A DNA stretch of 64,000 nucleotides, taken from the NCBI GenBank assembly GCA_019118885.1, contig DWYB01000057.1, forward strand, positions 226 through 64,225, in the 5' to 3' direction. Positions 21,501-29,806 of the stretch are shown piece after piece; the stretch's first letter is position 1; each line of letters opens with the position of its first letter. The position numbers were made by a program, and so were the translations under genes. The notes beneath the pieces were generated by a model. It did no database searches. It saw nothing but the letters and a program-made list of their open reading frames with translations, and was not told the DNA's origin. The stretch comes from Candidatus Mediterraneibacter surreyensis. GTDB lineage: Bacteria > Bacillota > Clostridia > Lachnospirales > Lachnospiraceae.

Positions 21501-24009
21501 CAGTAATGTCAACAGTAATGTAACTTAAGTCCTTTCCGTCCGCTGCGATTTCCGTGCGGTCAGCCTCAGCGTCAAGCTTCGCTTCCTCCCCTGTCGTCGT
21601 CACAAAGGTGCGGCCGTCCACTGTATCCAGATCGATCTCCTTCCCGGCAGCATCCCATGCCTTCGCGGTGATCGTTCCATCCTCATACGGCACATTCCAT
21701 GTGAGATACAGGTTCTTGTCGGCAGAAGCGGAAGCTCCGCTGCCTTTATAGATCTGATAGGTATATCCTTCTGCCGTCGTCACTGCTGTAAATTCTTTTA
21801 CGCCGAGGGACTCTGCTGTATCCGAGCCTGCCGGGGTAAAGAATAATTCTGTCTTCGCTGCATCCGTATATACTACGACCGGAACTGTCTCGTCACTGTT
21901 TTTTGCCACCACATCTGCATTCCATGCCGGAAGGATATGGAGGGTATTGACGTCGTCGTTCCACTGGCTCTGATAGAAATAATAGCTGTCCTTCGGAAGA
22001 CCTGCCGTATCAATGATACCGAAATAGGAATTCTTCGGAGACGGCCATGTTCCCATCGCTCCGGTCCCCGTGCCGTTCCACGGAGTCGGCTCGCCGATAT
22101 AGTCAAAGCCTGTCCATACATATTCGCCTGCAACAAAGTCGCGGGTGATCACATCGTACCATGCTGTACTCGCAAGAGCACCCCAGCCTACTCTGGAATT
22201 GTCGTAGGAGGTCAGTTTCTGGTCCGCCGGTGTCTGTGTTTCGCCGTTTCCAAGCCTGTCATAGACGCCCCTGCTGTTGATGGATGACGCTGTCTCGGAA
22301 CCATAGATGCACCAGTCCGGGCTCGCTGCATGCTGGGCGTCGTACTGTGAACCAACTGTGTAGTTGAGTCCAGCCGTTCCTCCGGCCTCTGACAGCGCAT
22401 TCATGATATTGTAGCCCATACCGGATGTATTTCCCTTTACGTTATTATCTCCTCTTGTAACGGGTCTTGTCTCATCCAGTTCCTGTGCCCAGCTGATGAG
22501 CTTGCTCTGCGTATCCATGTAAGTCTGGTTCAGCCCGTAAGCCGTACCCTCCTGGACCTCATTTCCGAGAGACCACATAATAATGGAAGGAGCATTCTGC
22601 CCTCTCCTGATCATGGCGCTCAGATCGAACTGCGCCCATGTCATTCCTTCTTCCGCTCCGATGATCTCGTTCTCCGCGCCGATCGTCTGATTGAACCACA
22701 CAGAGTAATCATTGGAGTTGCCGTTCTTCGGATACATCCATCCGTCGAACGCTTCGTCGATCACGAGGATGCCCTGCTCATTGCACGCCTCGATCAGTTC
22801 GTCTGACGCCGGGTTGTGGGTCACGCGGATGGAATTGCAGCCCATCTCTTTCAGGATCCTTACCTGACGTTCGATCGCGCTCTCCCATGCCTCTGCGCCG
22901 AGCGCTCCCTGGTCATGGTGCATGCAGACGCCTTTCAGCTTCATATTTTCCCCGTTTAAGGAAAATCCTGTGTCCGGGTCGAACTCAAAATAGCGGAAAC
23001 CATATTCCGTATCATATGTATCGACCACCTGGTCATTGACCTTAACCTCGGTCCTTACTGTGTAAAGCGCGGGTGCATCTGATGTATCCCACAGAGTCGG
23101 CTTATTTACCTGTACTGTCGCGTCAATGTCCGCCGTACTTCCGGCTGCCACTGTCTGCGCCTCTGTGGTCACAGTGCCGATGCTCTGGGACGTATCCCCG
23201 CCTTTCGGGAATACAGTGTGGGTCAGTGTCACGCTCTTCTCCTCAGCAGAATCATTCGCCACAGCCGTGCTGATATCCGCAGTCACTGTGCCGCCTGCTT
23301 CTTTTGCCAGGTTCGGAGTCTCGATCTTTGTCCCATACAGATCTACGTGTACAGGGTCTGTAACCGTAAGGTCAACGTTCCTGTAAATACCGCTTCCTGA
23401 ATACCAGCGGCTTGACGGCGTCTGATGGTCAACCTTTACGGTGATCACATTTTCTCCGCCATAATTTACATAATCTGTAATGTCAAATGAAAACGGCGTA
23501 TATCCGTATGGATGTGTGCCTACCTGGGTACCGTTCACCCACACAGTTGCATTCATATATACTCCGCCGAAATCAATACGGATCTGTTTCCCCTCAGCGC
23601 TGCTGCCGAGCGTAAAACTTTTTCTGTACCACCCTGTACCTCCCAGGAGATAGCCGCTTTCAGCCTCCCCTGATTTGGTGTATTCCTGCTCAATACTGTA
23701 ATCATGAGGCAGGTTCACCTGCTCCCAGCCCGAGTCGTTAAAACCCGGATCCTGTGCGCCGGAAGCGTCGCCCATATAGAACTTCCAGTTATCACTGAAA
23801 TTCTCCGAGCGCGTTGTCCCGGTGTAATTATTCACATACACTGCTTCCGGGTCCGAGCTCATCTGGACGCCTGAGTCTGAACCGACCTTAACGGACGGTC
23901 CCGCTGCCAGTGCCATGGACGGGATGATCATCCCCGCCGCCAGCGCTGCCGCGATGACTGCTGCACCTTTTCTTTTTAAGTCATTTTTTTTCATCCTTTT
24001 TTCGGACAA
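18553..24009 (-). CDS. GH2 beta-galactosidase-family enzyme, multimodular and cell-wall anchored
   Basis: 1818-aa ORF. GH2 signatures are NLPHDYSIEQ, WYRKSF, GVCMHHDQGALG, NSIRVTHNP and WSLGNEV. It has C-terminal Ig-like modules and a discoidin module (NAVDNNLGTWWHTNW), then AVQTGD + TM + KKRR. The track start at 24009 is TTG. The in-frame ATG at 23994 (MKKNDLKRKGAAVIAA..) is the more likely start. Confidence 0.85.
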   Translation of the reverse strand: MSEKRMKKNDLKRKGAAVIAAALAAGMIIPSMALAAGPSVKVGSDSGVQMSSDPEAVYVNNYTGTTRSENFSDNWKFYMGDASGAQDPGFNDSGWEQVNLPHDYSIEQEYTKSGEAESGYLLGGTGWYRKSFTLGSSAEGKQIRIDFGGVYMNATVWVNGTQVGTHPYGYTPFSFDITDYVNYGGENVITVKVDHQTPSSRWYSGSGIYRNVDLTVTDPVHVDLYGTKIETPNLAKEAGGTVTADISTAVANDSAEEKSVTLTHTVFPKGGDTSQSIGTVTTEAQTVAAGSTADIDATVQVNKPTLWDTSDAPALYTVRTEVKVNDQVVDTYDTEYGFRYFEFDPDTGFSLNGENMKLKGVCMHHDQGALGAEAWESAIERQVRILKEMGCNSIRVTHNPASDELIEACNEQGILVIDEAFDGWMYPKNGNSNDYSVWFNQTIGAENEIIGAEEGMTWAQFDLSAMIRRGQNAPSIIMWSLGNEVQEGTAYGLNQTYMDTQSKLISWAQELDETRPVTRGDNNVKGNTSGMGYNIMNALSEAGGTAGLNYTVGSQYDAQHAASPDWCIYGSETASSINSRGVYDRLGNGETQTPADQKLTSYDNSRVGWGALASTAWYDVITRDFVAGEYVWTGFDYIGEPTPWNGTGTGAMGTWPSPKNSYFGIIDTAGLPKDSYYFYQSQWNDDVNTLHILPAWNADVVAKNSDETVPVVVYTDAAKTELFFTPAGSDTAESLGVKEFTAVTTAEGYTYQIYKGSGASASADKNLYLTWNVPYEDGTITAKAWDAAGKEIDLDTVDGRTFVTTTGEEAKLDAEADRTEIAADGKDLSYITVDITDKDGNIVPDADNNVKFTVEGDGKLVGVDNGKQDDHQSYQDNNRDAFSGSLVAIVQSTKTAGEFTVTASAEGLESAAVTVKTVPVDAGTGDTVLSYYLMSRNYYVKAGNMPQLPDTVKAVYSDGTEEDVTVGWDEISEDQTAQTGTFFVTGVTEKGDKVSVTVNMIDQVAALLNYSTTVPVGQEPTLPDTRPAVLQNGEVISASFPVTWGEPDGSYTEAGTVKLAGTANVLGQELTVTASVRVQEQQVTIGDNVAGAAYLSQDIPEGQQSDTLDAIKDGKTEISDNTSGGANPTAWSNWSSSVQHGDNDAEITFRYDTQQRIGQITVYFARDNSSMTFPDAGTTQIYISETGEEGSWTLLNTKETIAENESSDRVKPYTYTFDPATATYVKLYVKNAETRQGGGTPCTGITEVVINEWTGSYTTNSGAEFTSMTVNGLDVSADDLEAGVFNTEAVVIGSLAYETSENAAVTELPVYEGQKILIIESEDHSERNTFTVNLGADVSAGDNDAADGSRDYDYTKTTATAGSEHPGSGNEGPASNAVDNNLGTWWHTNWQTLPPKEDLWITLELEEETMLDALRYYGRDGSPNGRVNEYKVEVSTDGKTWTTVSTGNWENTAGWKLAVFNEPAAAKYVRLTGVHTYGDSGNDKFMSAAEIRLRMAAELTDISGADVYVPDVKEVAVADKEHPVTLTEEEITVMLGDTKLRYGIDYVVSYENNTSDGIATAIVTGLGQYGYTGTAEAEFTIKVTESAEPELTGIQITTPCKKNYTEGETLDPSGLVLELIYNNDTTEKVIYSDETAADFTFTPALGTALTTDMTVVTVEYAGKTTTFDITVSEKQQVIPPTQAEIDAAMAEADQIMAQTDKYTAESLEAYSARVAELKAILEDDNASAAEKVQAMKDLEAAKELLRLAGGSGSGDDQQNPGGGSTAGGSQTDSGSGSQTGGDKAVQTGDTSNAALWAAAAALAGAALVTAGKKRRTEK

Positions 24010-24042
24010 ATACTTTTTCTAGTCCTTTTCCTCCATTTCCCT

Positions 24043-24235
24043 TTTATTTTACACAACCGCAGTTTTCCTAATTTTGCAGAGAATACTGCCATTATGTAAT
24101 TACTATCCTATATTGTAACATTTCTGTAAATTTTTTCCCATTTAATTATGAACAGCTTTTAAACTTTCATTAATACTCCCAATTTTAACCCCCTGTTTTC
24201 TGATTTTAGCGCTGTTTTTTGTGCAAAATATCAAA
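24043..24235 (-). promoter_or_regulatory. Conserved upstream/leader region, copy 2 (paralogous to 11897-12095)
   Basis: It aligns with copy 1 over about 190 nt. The conserved TGTTACAAT (minus strand) corresponds to plus 24112-24120. Confidence 0.45.
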
Positions 24236-24274
24236 TTTCTAACTTCTAAGCTTCATCTCAGGCAAATGCATACA

Positions 24275-24325
24275 TAAAAAAGGAGCCGCTGCGCTGGTTG
24301 ATCCCCCGGCGCGGCGGCTCCTTTT
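24275..24325 (-). terminator. Rho-independent terminator downstream of scrB
   Basis: GC-rich stem GGAGCCGC / GCGGCTCC. On the minus strand it is followed by TTTTTTAT (plus-strand aaaaaa at 24276-24281). Confidence 0.65.
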
Positions 24326-24340
24326 ACTCCGGCATCCCGG

Positions 24341-25876
24341 TCACGGGCTGCTTTCGATCACTTTAAATTTTATCTCTGCGTCTCCGGCTTCCACACGGAC
24401 GCATGCTTTCTCAGGATAATATCTTGTCGTAAATACATACTCTCCATTATTTAAGAATACTTCCACTGAAGATACATCCGCCAGGATCCTTACGCTTTCC
24501 AGCCGTTCAAGTTCAACGTACCGGAGCCCTCTCCCGGCTGACGCGGATCCTTTCTCCCGGCTTAAGAACCTCATCTCAAACCTTCCGTCCGTGTATTCCA
24601 GCACGAGCTCTTCTGAGAGCGCTGCGCGGAACCGGTTCCCGGATATGCGGTCAACGAGCATATCATAAACCTGATATCCCTCTGTCAGAAACAGGTCTGA
24701 AACAGAACCTTTTCCCGTTTCCGCCGCGATCTCCCGCTCTCTTTCCTCCAGCTCCCTGACCGGACGCTGGAGCACCTTCCCGTCTTCCACGAAGATTTCT
24801 CTGGGGAAGGTAAAGCAGTGCTGCCACCCGTTCTCTATGGTAGGATTGGTATACTCCTCGCAGTCCGGCATGCCCATCCAGCCGATCTGGATCCGCCTGC
24901 CGTCCTCTGTCTCAAAACTCTGCGGCGCGTAATAGTCGAATCCATAGTCCCAGAGCCTGTACTCTGACAGCCTGTATCCCGGATGCCGGTCCGCCGGCTG
25001 CGCGGATCCTGGCTGGCTGGCTGCTGGCTGGCTGCTGGCTGGCTGGCTGCCCGCCGACTGCCCGCCCGCGGACAGGATATCGCCTTCCACCAGGAAATAC
25101 CCTGACTGGTACACATTCCGGTCTTCCCACACGCCGCCTTCCAGCCCCTGTACGGACGCGGAGAGCAGCTTCACCCCGTTCACCTCAAAGTAATCCGGGC
25201 ATTCCCACATATATCCGAAGGGCTCCTCTGTCTCTATCCTGCTGTGGAGCGTCCAGTTTACCCTGTCCGCTGACCGGAAGATCAGCGCCTGCCCTGTATC
25301 CGCTTTCGTCCTTGCTCCCTGTATCATATAGTAGGTCCCCTGGTCTTTCCATACCTTGGGGTCCCTGACATGGAGGGTCAGGTCTGACGGATAGTCTGCA
25401 TTTCTCATAAGGAGCTGCTTTGGCCCGAAGCTCTGCCCGTCCCGGCTCGTCACGAGGACGGTGTTTGCCTCGCGCCCGGTATTTACATAATCATAGTCCG
25501 CCCGGTCTTCCAGCTTTACATTTCCCGTATAATACACGTACATCACGCCGTCCTCTGTGAAGGCGGAGCCTGAGTACACGCCGTGGCAGTCAAAAGGCTG
25601 GTCCGGATAAAGGACCGCTCCCTGGTATTCCCACCTGACCATGTCCCGGCTCGTGCAGTGCCCCCACATCTTGACTCCGCCCTCAGCGTGAAACGGTGAG
25701 TATTGGAAATAGGCGTGGAAGACGCCGCCGAACTGGCAGAGACCGTTCGGGTCATTCAGCCACCCTGTCGGGGGCATCAGATGGATCTCCTGCCGGAACC
25801 GGCTGTCCGCAGCCGACGGTTTCTCTGCCTCCGCTTTTTCTGTAAGTCTGATCAAATCCCTTGTCAGTGCGTTCAT
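24341..25876 (-). CDS. scrB: GH32 sucrose-6-phosphate hydrolase
   Basis: GH32 motifs are HLMPPTGWLNDPNGL, RDPKVW and WECPDYF. The gene lies immediately downstream of the sucrose PTS gene. The ORF is open to GTG 25924, but ATG 25876 (MNALTRDL..) has an AGGGAG RBS at 7-nt spacing. Confidence 0.85.
   Translation of the reverse strand: MNALTRDLIRLTEKAEAEKPSAADSRFRQEIHLMPPTGWLNDPNGLCQFGGVFHAYFQYSPFHAEGGVKMWGHCTSRDMVRWEYQGAVLYPDQPFDCHGVYSGSAFTEDGVMYVYYTGNVKLEDRADYDYVNTGREANTVLVTSRDGQSFGPKQLLMRNADYPSDLTLHVRDPKVWKDQGTYYMIQGARTKADTGQALIFRSADRVNWTLHSRIETEEPFGYMWECPDYFEVNGVKLLSASVQGLEGGVWEDRNVYQSGYFLVEGDILSAGGQSAGSQPASSQPAASQPGSAQPADRHPGYRLSEYRLWDYGFDYYAPQSFETEDGRRIQIGWMGMPDCEEYTNPTIENGWQHCFTFPREIFVEDGKVLQRPVRELEEREREIAAETGKGSVSDLFLTEGYQVYDMLVDRISGNRFRAALSEELVLEYTDGRFEMRFLSREKGSASAGRGLRYVELERLESVRILADVSSVEVFLNNGEYVFTTRYYPEKACVRVEAGDAEIKFKVIESSP
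25005..25070 (-). repeat. In-frame CCAG/CAGC-type microsatellite inside scrB
   Basis: The plus strand reads ctggctggctggctgctggctggctgctggctggctggctgcc. It encodes GSQPASSQPAASQPGSAQ. The two other frames also give QPAS-type strings, as seen in track ORFs 24835..25116 and 24912..25130. Confidence 0.8.
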
Positions 25877-25945
25877 ATCCATTCTCCCTGTCTGTATTAT
25901 CAATCTGATCGGTTGCTTTTTCACTGTGCGGTCTGCTCAGTGACT

Positions 25946-27904
25946 CTATTTTTTCAGCGTCATGACCGGATCGTCTGTGCCGACTGCCCCGGGCGCTGCC
26001 TTTTCCACTTCGGAATACTCATCCGCATTGGTGAGGATGACCATCGTAGCCGCCGGATACCCTTCCGCGCGGATCGTATCCAGGTCTGCCTCTATGAGCA
26101 CGTCTCCCGCGCGGACCTGCTGTCCGTCTGATACTTTCTTTGTAAATCCTTTTCCGCCCAGCTTCACGGTGTCCACCCCGATATGGATCAGCAGCTCGCC
26201 GCCACTTTTTGTGGCAATGCACACCGCATGTCCTGTATCGAATACATTGATCACCTCGCCGTCGCACGGGGATACGACCCTGCCGTCCTCCGGCTCTACC
26301 GCCACAGTCGTGCCCAGCATTTCAGAGGAGAATGTCTCGTCGCTCACTTCGGAAAGCGGTATGATCTTCCCCCGGACAGGACTCTTTACGGCCTCTTCTG
26401 TAATCTGTGTGGTCACTTCTTCCGTGTTGGCCGCTGCCCCTGTCTCTTTCTCTGTTCCTGCAGTCTCAGCTGCCGCTGCCCCTGCCGATGCTTTCGCCTC
26501 TATGCCGGCTGTCTCTGCCTTCGGCTTCTGGTCTTTATACATAATGAAAGAGATCACAAACGCAACGCCCACCGCGATCGCCATTTCGATCACGTACTGC
26601 ACCGGCTGCTCCAGGCAGAGCAGGATCCCGAAGATGCCCGTCACTCCTGTACCTTTTGCCCCGAGATGTACGAGGGAAGCATACAGGGCTCCGCATCCGC
26701 CGCCGATGCATCCTGCGATGAACGGCTTGAAGAATCTTAAGTTTACACCGAAGATCGCCGGCTCTGTGATCCCCATGAACGCACTCAGCGATGAGGGGAG
26801 CGCCAGTGATTTGATCTTCTTATCCCTGGACTTGAGCGCCACTGCAAGAGCTGCCGCTCCCTGTGCCACATTTGCCGCGCTTGCCAGCGGGAGCCAGTAT
26901 GTCACGCCGTACTGCGCGATCTGTCCGATATCAATCGCCGTGTACATCTGATGGATACCGGTCACGACTGTCGGCGCGTACAGGCCGCCCATGATCAGGC
27001 TTCCGATGCCGAGCGGAAGTGTAAGCATCCACTGGATGCCGCCGAGGATCGCGTTCTCCGCCCAGACGAAGACCGGTCCGATGATGGAGAGTGTGAGGTA
27101 ACCTGTCACGAACACGCTGACCAGAGGAGTGACGAAGAGGTCCAGCACCTCCGGCACGATCTTGTGCAGCTTTTTCTCGATCACCGAGAGCAGCCACACC
27201 GCGATCACAACCGGGATGACATGTCCCTGATAGCCCACCATGTCGATATCATAGAGCCCGAAAAATACGGACTGTGTCTGCTGTACGCCCTCAGTCGCCA
27301 CGGTGTATGCATTCTGCAGAGCCGGGTTGATCATGATCATACCGATGACTGCGCCCAGATACGGGTTCGCGCCGAATGCTTTTGCCGCTGAGAACGCGAT
27401 CAGGATCTGAAGGAAGGTGTACGCTGTATTGCTGAACAGATTTGCGAACACATAGATCGAACTGCTCGTGTCCATGCTGATAAAGCCATTATTGATCATG
27501 AAGTCCAGGGAGTTCATGATCCCCATGAGGAAACCGCTCGCCACGATCGCCGGGATGATCGGTACGAAGATATCTCCCAGCAGTTTGATCGCGCGCATGA
27601 AGACGTTCTGCTTCTGCGCTGCCGCCTCCTTTGCCTCTGCCTTTGAGCTGGCAGTGATGCCCGCGATAGCGATGAACTCGTCAAATACCTTGTTGACCGT
27701 CCCTGTGCCGAGGATGATCTGGAGCTGCCCGGACGCCTCGAATACGCCTTTCACTCCGTCAATATTCTCGATCGCGCCCTTGTCCGCTTTGCTGTTATCC
27801 GCGATCACGAGCCGCAGTCTGGTCGCACAGTGTGCGGCGGATACGATATTTTTGCTTCCGCCGACCTGATCCAGGATCTCTTGTGCTGTTTTCCTGTAAT
27901 CCAT
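25946..27904 (-). CDS. scrA: PTS sucrose-specific EIIBCA component
   Basis: 652 aa. The EIIB motif is AAHCATRLRL. A polytopic EIIC core is followed by a C-terminal EIIA domain (HIGVDTVKLGGKGF). A GGAGAG RBS is present. Confidence 0.85.
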   Translation of the reverse strand: MDYRKTAQEILDQVGGSKNIVSAAHCATRLRLVIADNSKADKGAIENIDGVKGVFEASGQLQIILGTGTVNKVFDEFIAIAGITASSKAEAKEAAAQKQNVFMRAIKLLGDIFVPIIPAIVASGFLMGIMNSLDFMINNGFISMDTSSSIYVFANLFSNTAYTFLQILIAFSAAKAFGANPYLGAVIGMIMINPALQNAYTVATEGVQQTQSVFFGLYDIDMVGYQGHVIPVVIAVWLLSVIEKKLHKIVPEVLDLFVTPLVSVFVTGYLTLSIIGPVFVWAENAILGGIQWMLTLPLGIGSLIMGGLYAPTVVTGIHQMYTAIDIGQIAQYGVTYWLPLASAANVAQGAAALAVALKSRDKKIKSLALPSSLSAFMGITEPAIFGVNLRFFKPFIAGCIGGGCGALYASLVHLGAKGTGVTGIFGILLCLEQPVQYVIEMAIAVGVAFVISFIMYKDQKPKAETAGIEAKASAGAAAAETAGTEKETGAAANTEEVTTQITEEAVKSPVRGKIIPLSEVSDETFSSEMLGTTVAVEPEDGRVVSPCDGEVINVFDTGHAVCIATKSGGELLIHIGVDTVKLGGKGFTKKVSDGQQVRAGDVLIEADLDTIRAEGYPAATMVILTNADEYSEVEKAAPGAVGTDDPVMTLKK

Positions 27905-27959
27905 ATTATCTCTCCTTCCCTTTAATTAAGCGATTTATCTCGCATATGAAATCTATTTT

Positions 27960-27977
27960 TATGAAATCGATTTCATA
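27960..27977. promoter_or_regulatory. LacI-family (ScrR-type) operator, perfect 18-bp palindrome
   Basis: TATGAAATCGATTTCATA is exactly self-complementary. It sits between the predicted -10 and the scrA RBS. An extra half-site, ATGAAATC, lies at 27945-27952. Confidence 0.65.
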
Positions 27978-27988
27978 TCTTTGTATAA

Positions 27989-28017
27989 ATGATAAGAAAA
28001 AACAGAGGATTTGTAAA
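27989..28017 (-). promoter_or_regulatory. Sigma-A type promoter for scrA-scrB
   Basis: On the minus strand: TTTACA (28012-28017), a 17-nt spacer, then TATCAT (27989-27994), directly upstream of the operator. Confidence 0.5.
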
Positions 28018-28095
28018 TATGGCATTTTTACTGATATTTAATGATTCGATTTGTGCATTATTATATTTAGGGGCTTTTTTCTGTATTCGGGAAAG

Positions 28096-28123
28096 TAAAA
28101 AAAAGTAGGGAAATCCCTACTTT
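28096..28123 (-). terminator. Minus-strand intrinsic terminator-like hairpin upstream of the scrA promoter
   Basis: Stem AGTAGGGA / TCCCTACT, followed on the minus strand by T8 (plus-strand A-run at 28097-28104). Confidence 0.5.
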
Positions 28124-28151
28124 CCATGTTCCAGAAAGGTGGTGTAAAATC

Positions 28152-28436
28152 ATGTCAATAAATGCGTTTGTAGATAATGCCAAAGTTATGGCAAAAGGAC
28201 AGATCACAATCCCGAAAGATGTCCGCGATGTGCTTGGCGTGTCAAATGGTGACAGGGTTACTTTTATCGTGGAAGGAAACACCGTCCGCATTGTCAATTC
28301 TGCCGTGTATGCTATGCAGGTTCTTCAGCGGGAAATGGCTGGAGAAGCAGAACGCGCCGGACTGACCTCGGAAGATGATGTTATGAATCTCGTCAAAGAA
28401 TTGAGAAATGAGGACGAAAATAAAGCGGATATTTAA
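28152..28436 (+). CDS. AbrB/MazE/SpoVT-family antitoxin
   Basis: 94 aa. The swapped-hairpin signature is AKGQITIPKDVRDVLGVSNGDRVTFIVEGNTVRI. A GGTGGTG RBS is present. Confidence 0.7.
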   Translation: MSINAFVDNAKVMAKGQITIPKDVRDVLGVSNGDRVTFIVEGNTVRIVNSAVYAMQVLQREMAGEAERAGLTSEDDVMNLVKELRNEDENKADI

Positions 28437-28671
28437 CAAGAAATTCCCGAACCGCCTGACGGCGCTGGACAAATTTCTTTCCGTCGCATTGCTTACCCTG
28501 GAATTAATCCCAGTTCCGGTAGAGAAAGTTATGACCGAAACACAAATCAGGGATGTCAATGACCGCCCCATTTTGCGGGCAGCCATTGAAGCGAAAGCAG
28601 ATGTTCTGCTGACCGGCGATAAGGATTTCTTAGAGTCCGGCGTGAAAAATCTGTCCGAATTGTGGTTATAA
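28408..28671 (+). pseudogene. PIN-domain toxin remnant (only the C-terminal half is retained)
   Basis: RDVNDRPILRAAIEAKADVLLTGDKDFL matches the C-terminal acidic motif region of TIGR00305-type PIN toxins. The N-terminal (L)DTNV segment carrying the first catalytic Asp is absent. The junction appears to be KRIF|NKKF. Confidence 0.5.
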
Positions 28672-28700
28672 AATAGAGGTAATTGAGAAGCCCTCCGTGG

Positions 28701-29759
28701 CTACATGCGCCCTTCCGAACCCCTGACCAGCCGGAACCCCAGCTTCATCTCCACAGGGATCTTCTCCCCCCGCTCGATCACATCCAGCAGCAGCTCCGCG
28801 CTGCGGATCCCGCTCGTCTTGTACCCGAAATGCACAGTAGGTATCCCCCCTGTGGCAGCCTTTAAAAGCTGGTTGTCACCGAACCCGGTGACCGCGATCC
28901 TGCAGCTGTCTGCCGAGGCGTCAGCATCCGGCAGAACGAGCCGGGCCTGAGGCAGGACGGACCGATCCTGCGCCAGTCTGATCCCCCGGTCCCGCAGCGC
29001 CCTGATCGCCCCTGCGGCGATCGTATCCGTAGCGCATGATATCACACCGATGTCCGTCTCTTCATCCAGAAGAGAGAGGGCAGCCTCATATCCTGATTCC
29101 GCCCGGAACGCGGATATCCGCACATACTCCTCTTCCAGCTCCCTGCCCTCTGACTTAAGCCCTGCGCGGAAGCCGTCCTCCCTCGCCGCGCCCGCGGCCT
29201 TATCTTCCCGCGTGACGCCGATATACGCGATATGCTTATGCTTCCCGCTCAGAGACGCCGCCAGCTTCCCCATCGCCTTTCCGGCGCCGTAATCATCGTG
29301 GTATACACAGTTTGCATATTTCGTATTCTGTCCGGTCACAACAACGGGGATCTGGGCATTTTTGAGAAATCTCCTGTGCTCCGCTGTGATCATGGTCCCG
29401 ATGAGGATAATCCCGTCCACCGGGTATTTTTCAAATAAATGGAGATATTCGATCTCTTTCTTCGCATTGTTGTCCGTGCTCGCAAGGAGCATCTGATACC
29501 CCCGCGCCGCGAGTACATTGCCGATCCCCTCTGTGACGCGGCTGATGCTCTCTGAATTGATCTTGGGGACTACGACTCCGACCAGGCTGGCGCGCTTCGT
29601 CCGCAGGGTGCGCGCCTGGGCGGAAGGATGATACCCGGTCTCTTCGATCACTTTTTTGATCTGTGCCCGCTTCTCCTCGCTGATGTAGCCGCCGTTTAAG
29701 TAGCGCGATACCGCGGCGCTGGAGACGTTTGCGAGGCGGGCGATTTCTTTGATGGTCAT
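28701..29759 (-). CDS. scrR: LacI-family transcriptional repressor (sucrose operon regulator)
   Basis: The N-terminal HTH reads MTIKEIARLANVSSAAVSRYLNGGYISEEKRAQIKKVIEETGYHPSAQARTLR. It has a periplasmic-binding-protein-like core and is adjacent to scrAB. Confidence 0.8.
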   Translation of the reverse strand: MTIKEIARLANVSSAAVSRYLNGGYISEEKRAQIKKVIEETGYHPSAQARTLRTKRASLVGVVVPKINSESISRVTEGIGNVLAARGYQMLLASTDNNAKKEIEYLHLFEKYPVDGIILIGTMITAEHRRFLKNAQIPVVVTGQNTKYANCVYHDDYGAGKAMGKLAASLSGKHKHIAYIGVTREDKAAGAAREDGFRAGLKSEGRELEEEYVRISAFRAESGYEAALSLLDEETDIGVISCATDTIAAGAIRALRDRGIRLAQDRSVLPQARLVLPDADASADSCRIAVTGFGDNQLLKAATGGIPTVHFGYKTSGIRSAELLLDVIERGEKIPVEMKLGFRLVRGSEGRM

Positions 29760-29806
29760 GATGGTCTGTCACTTTCCTTCTGATCTTGATATATTATTCT
29801 TAATGG

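Noticed and set aside
25962-26951. A 329-aa plus-strand ORF and other ORFs antisense to scrA
   Set aside because: It is a shadow of the PTS EIIBCA gene. The translation is Ser/Ala/Pro-rich and has no motifs.
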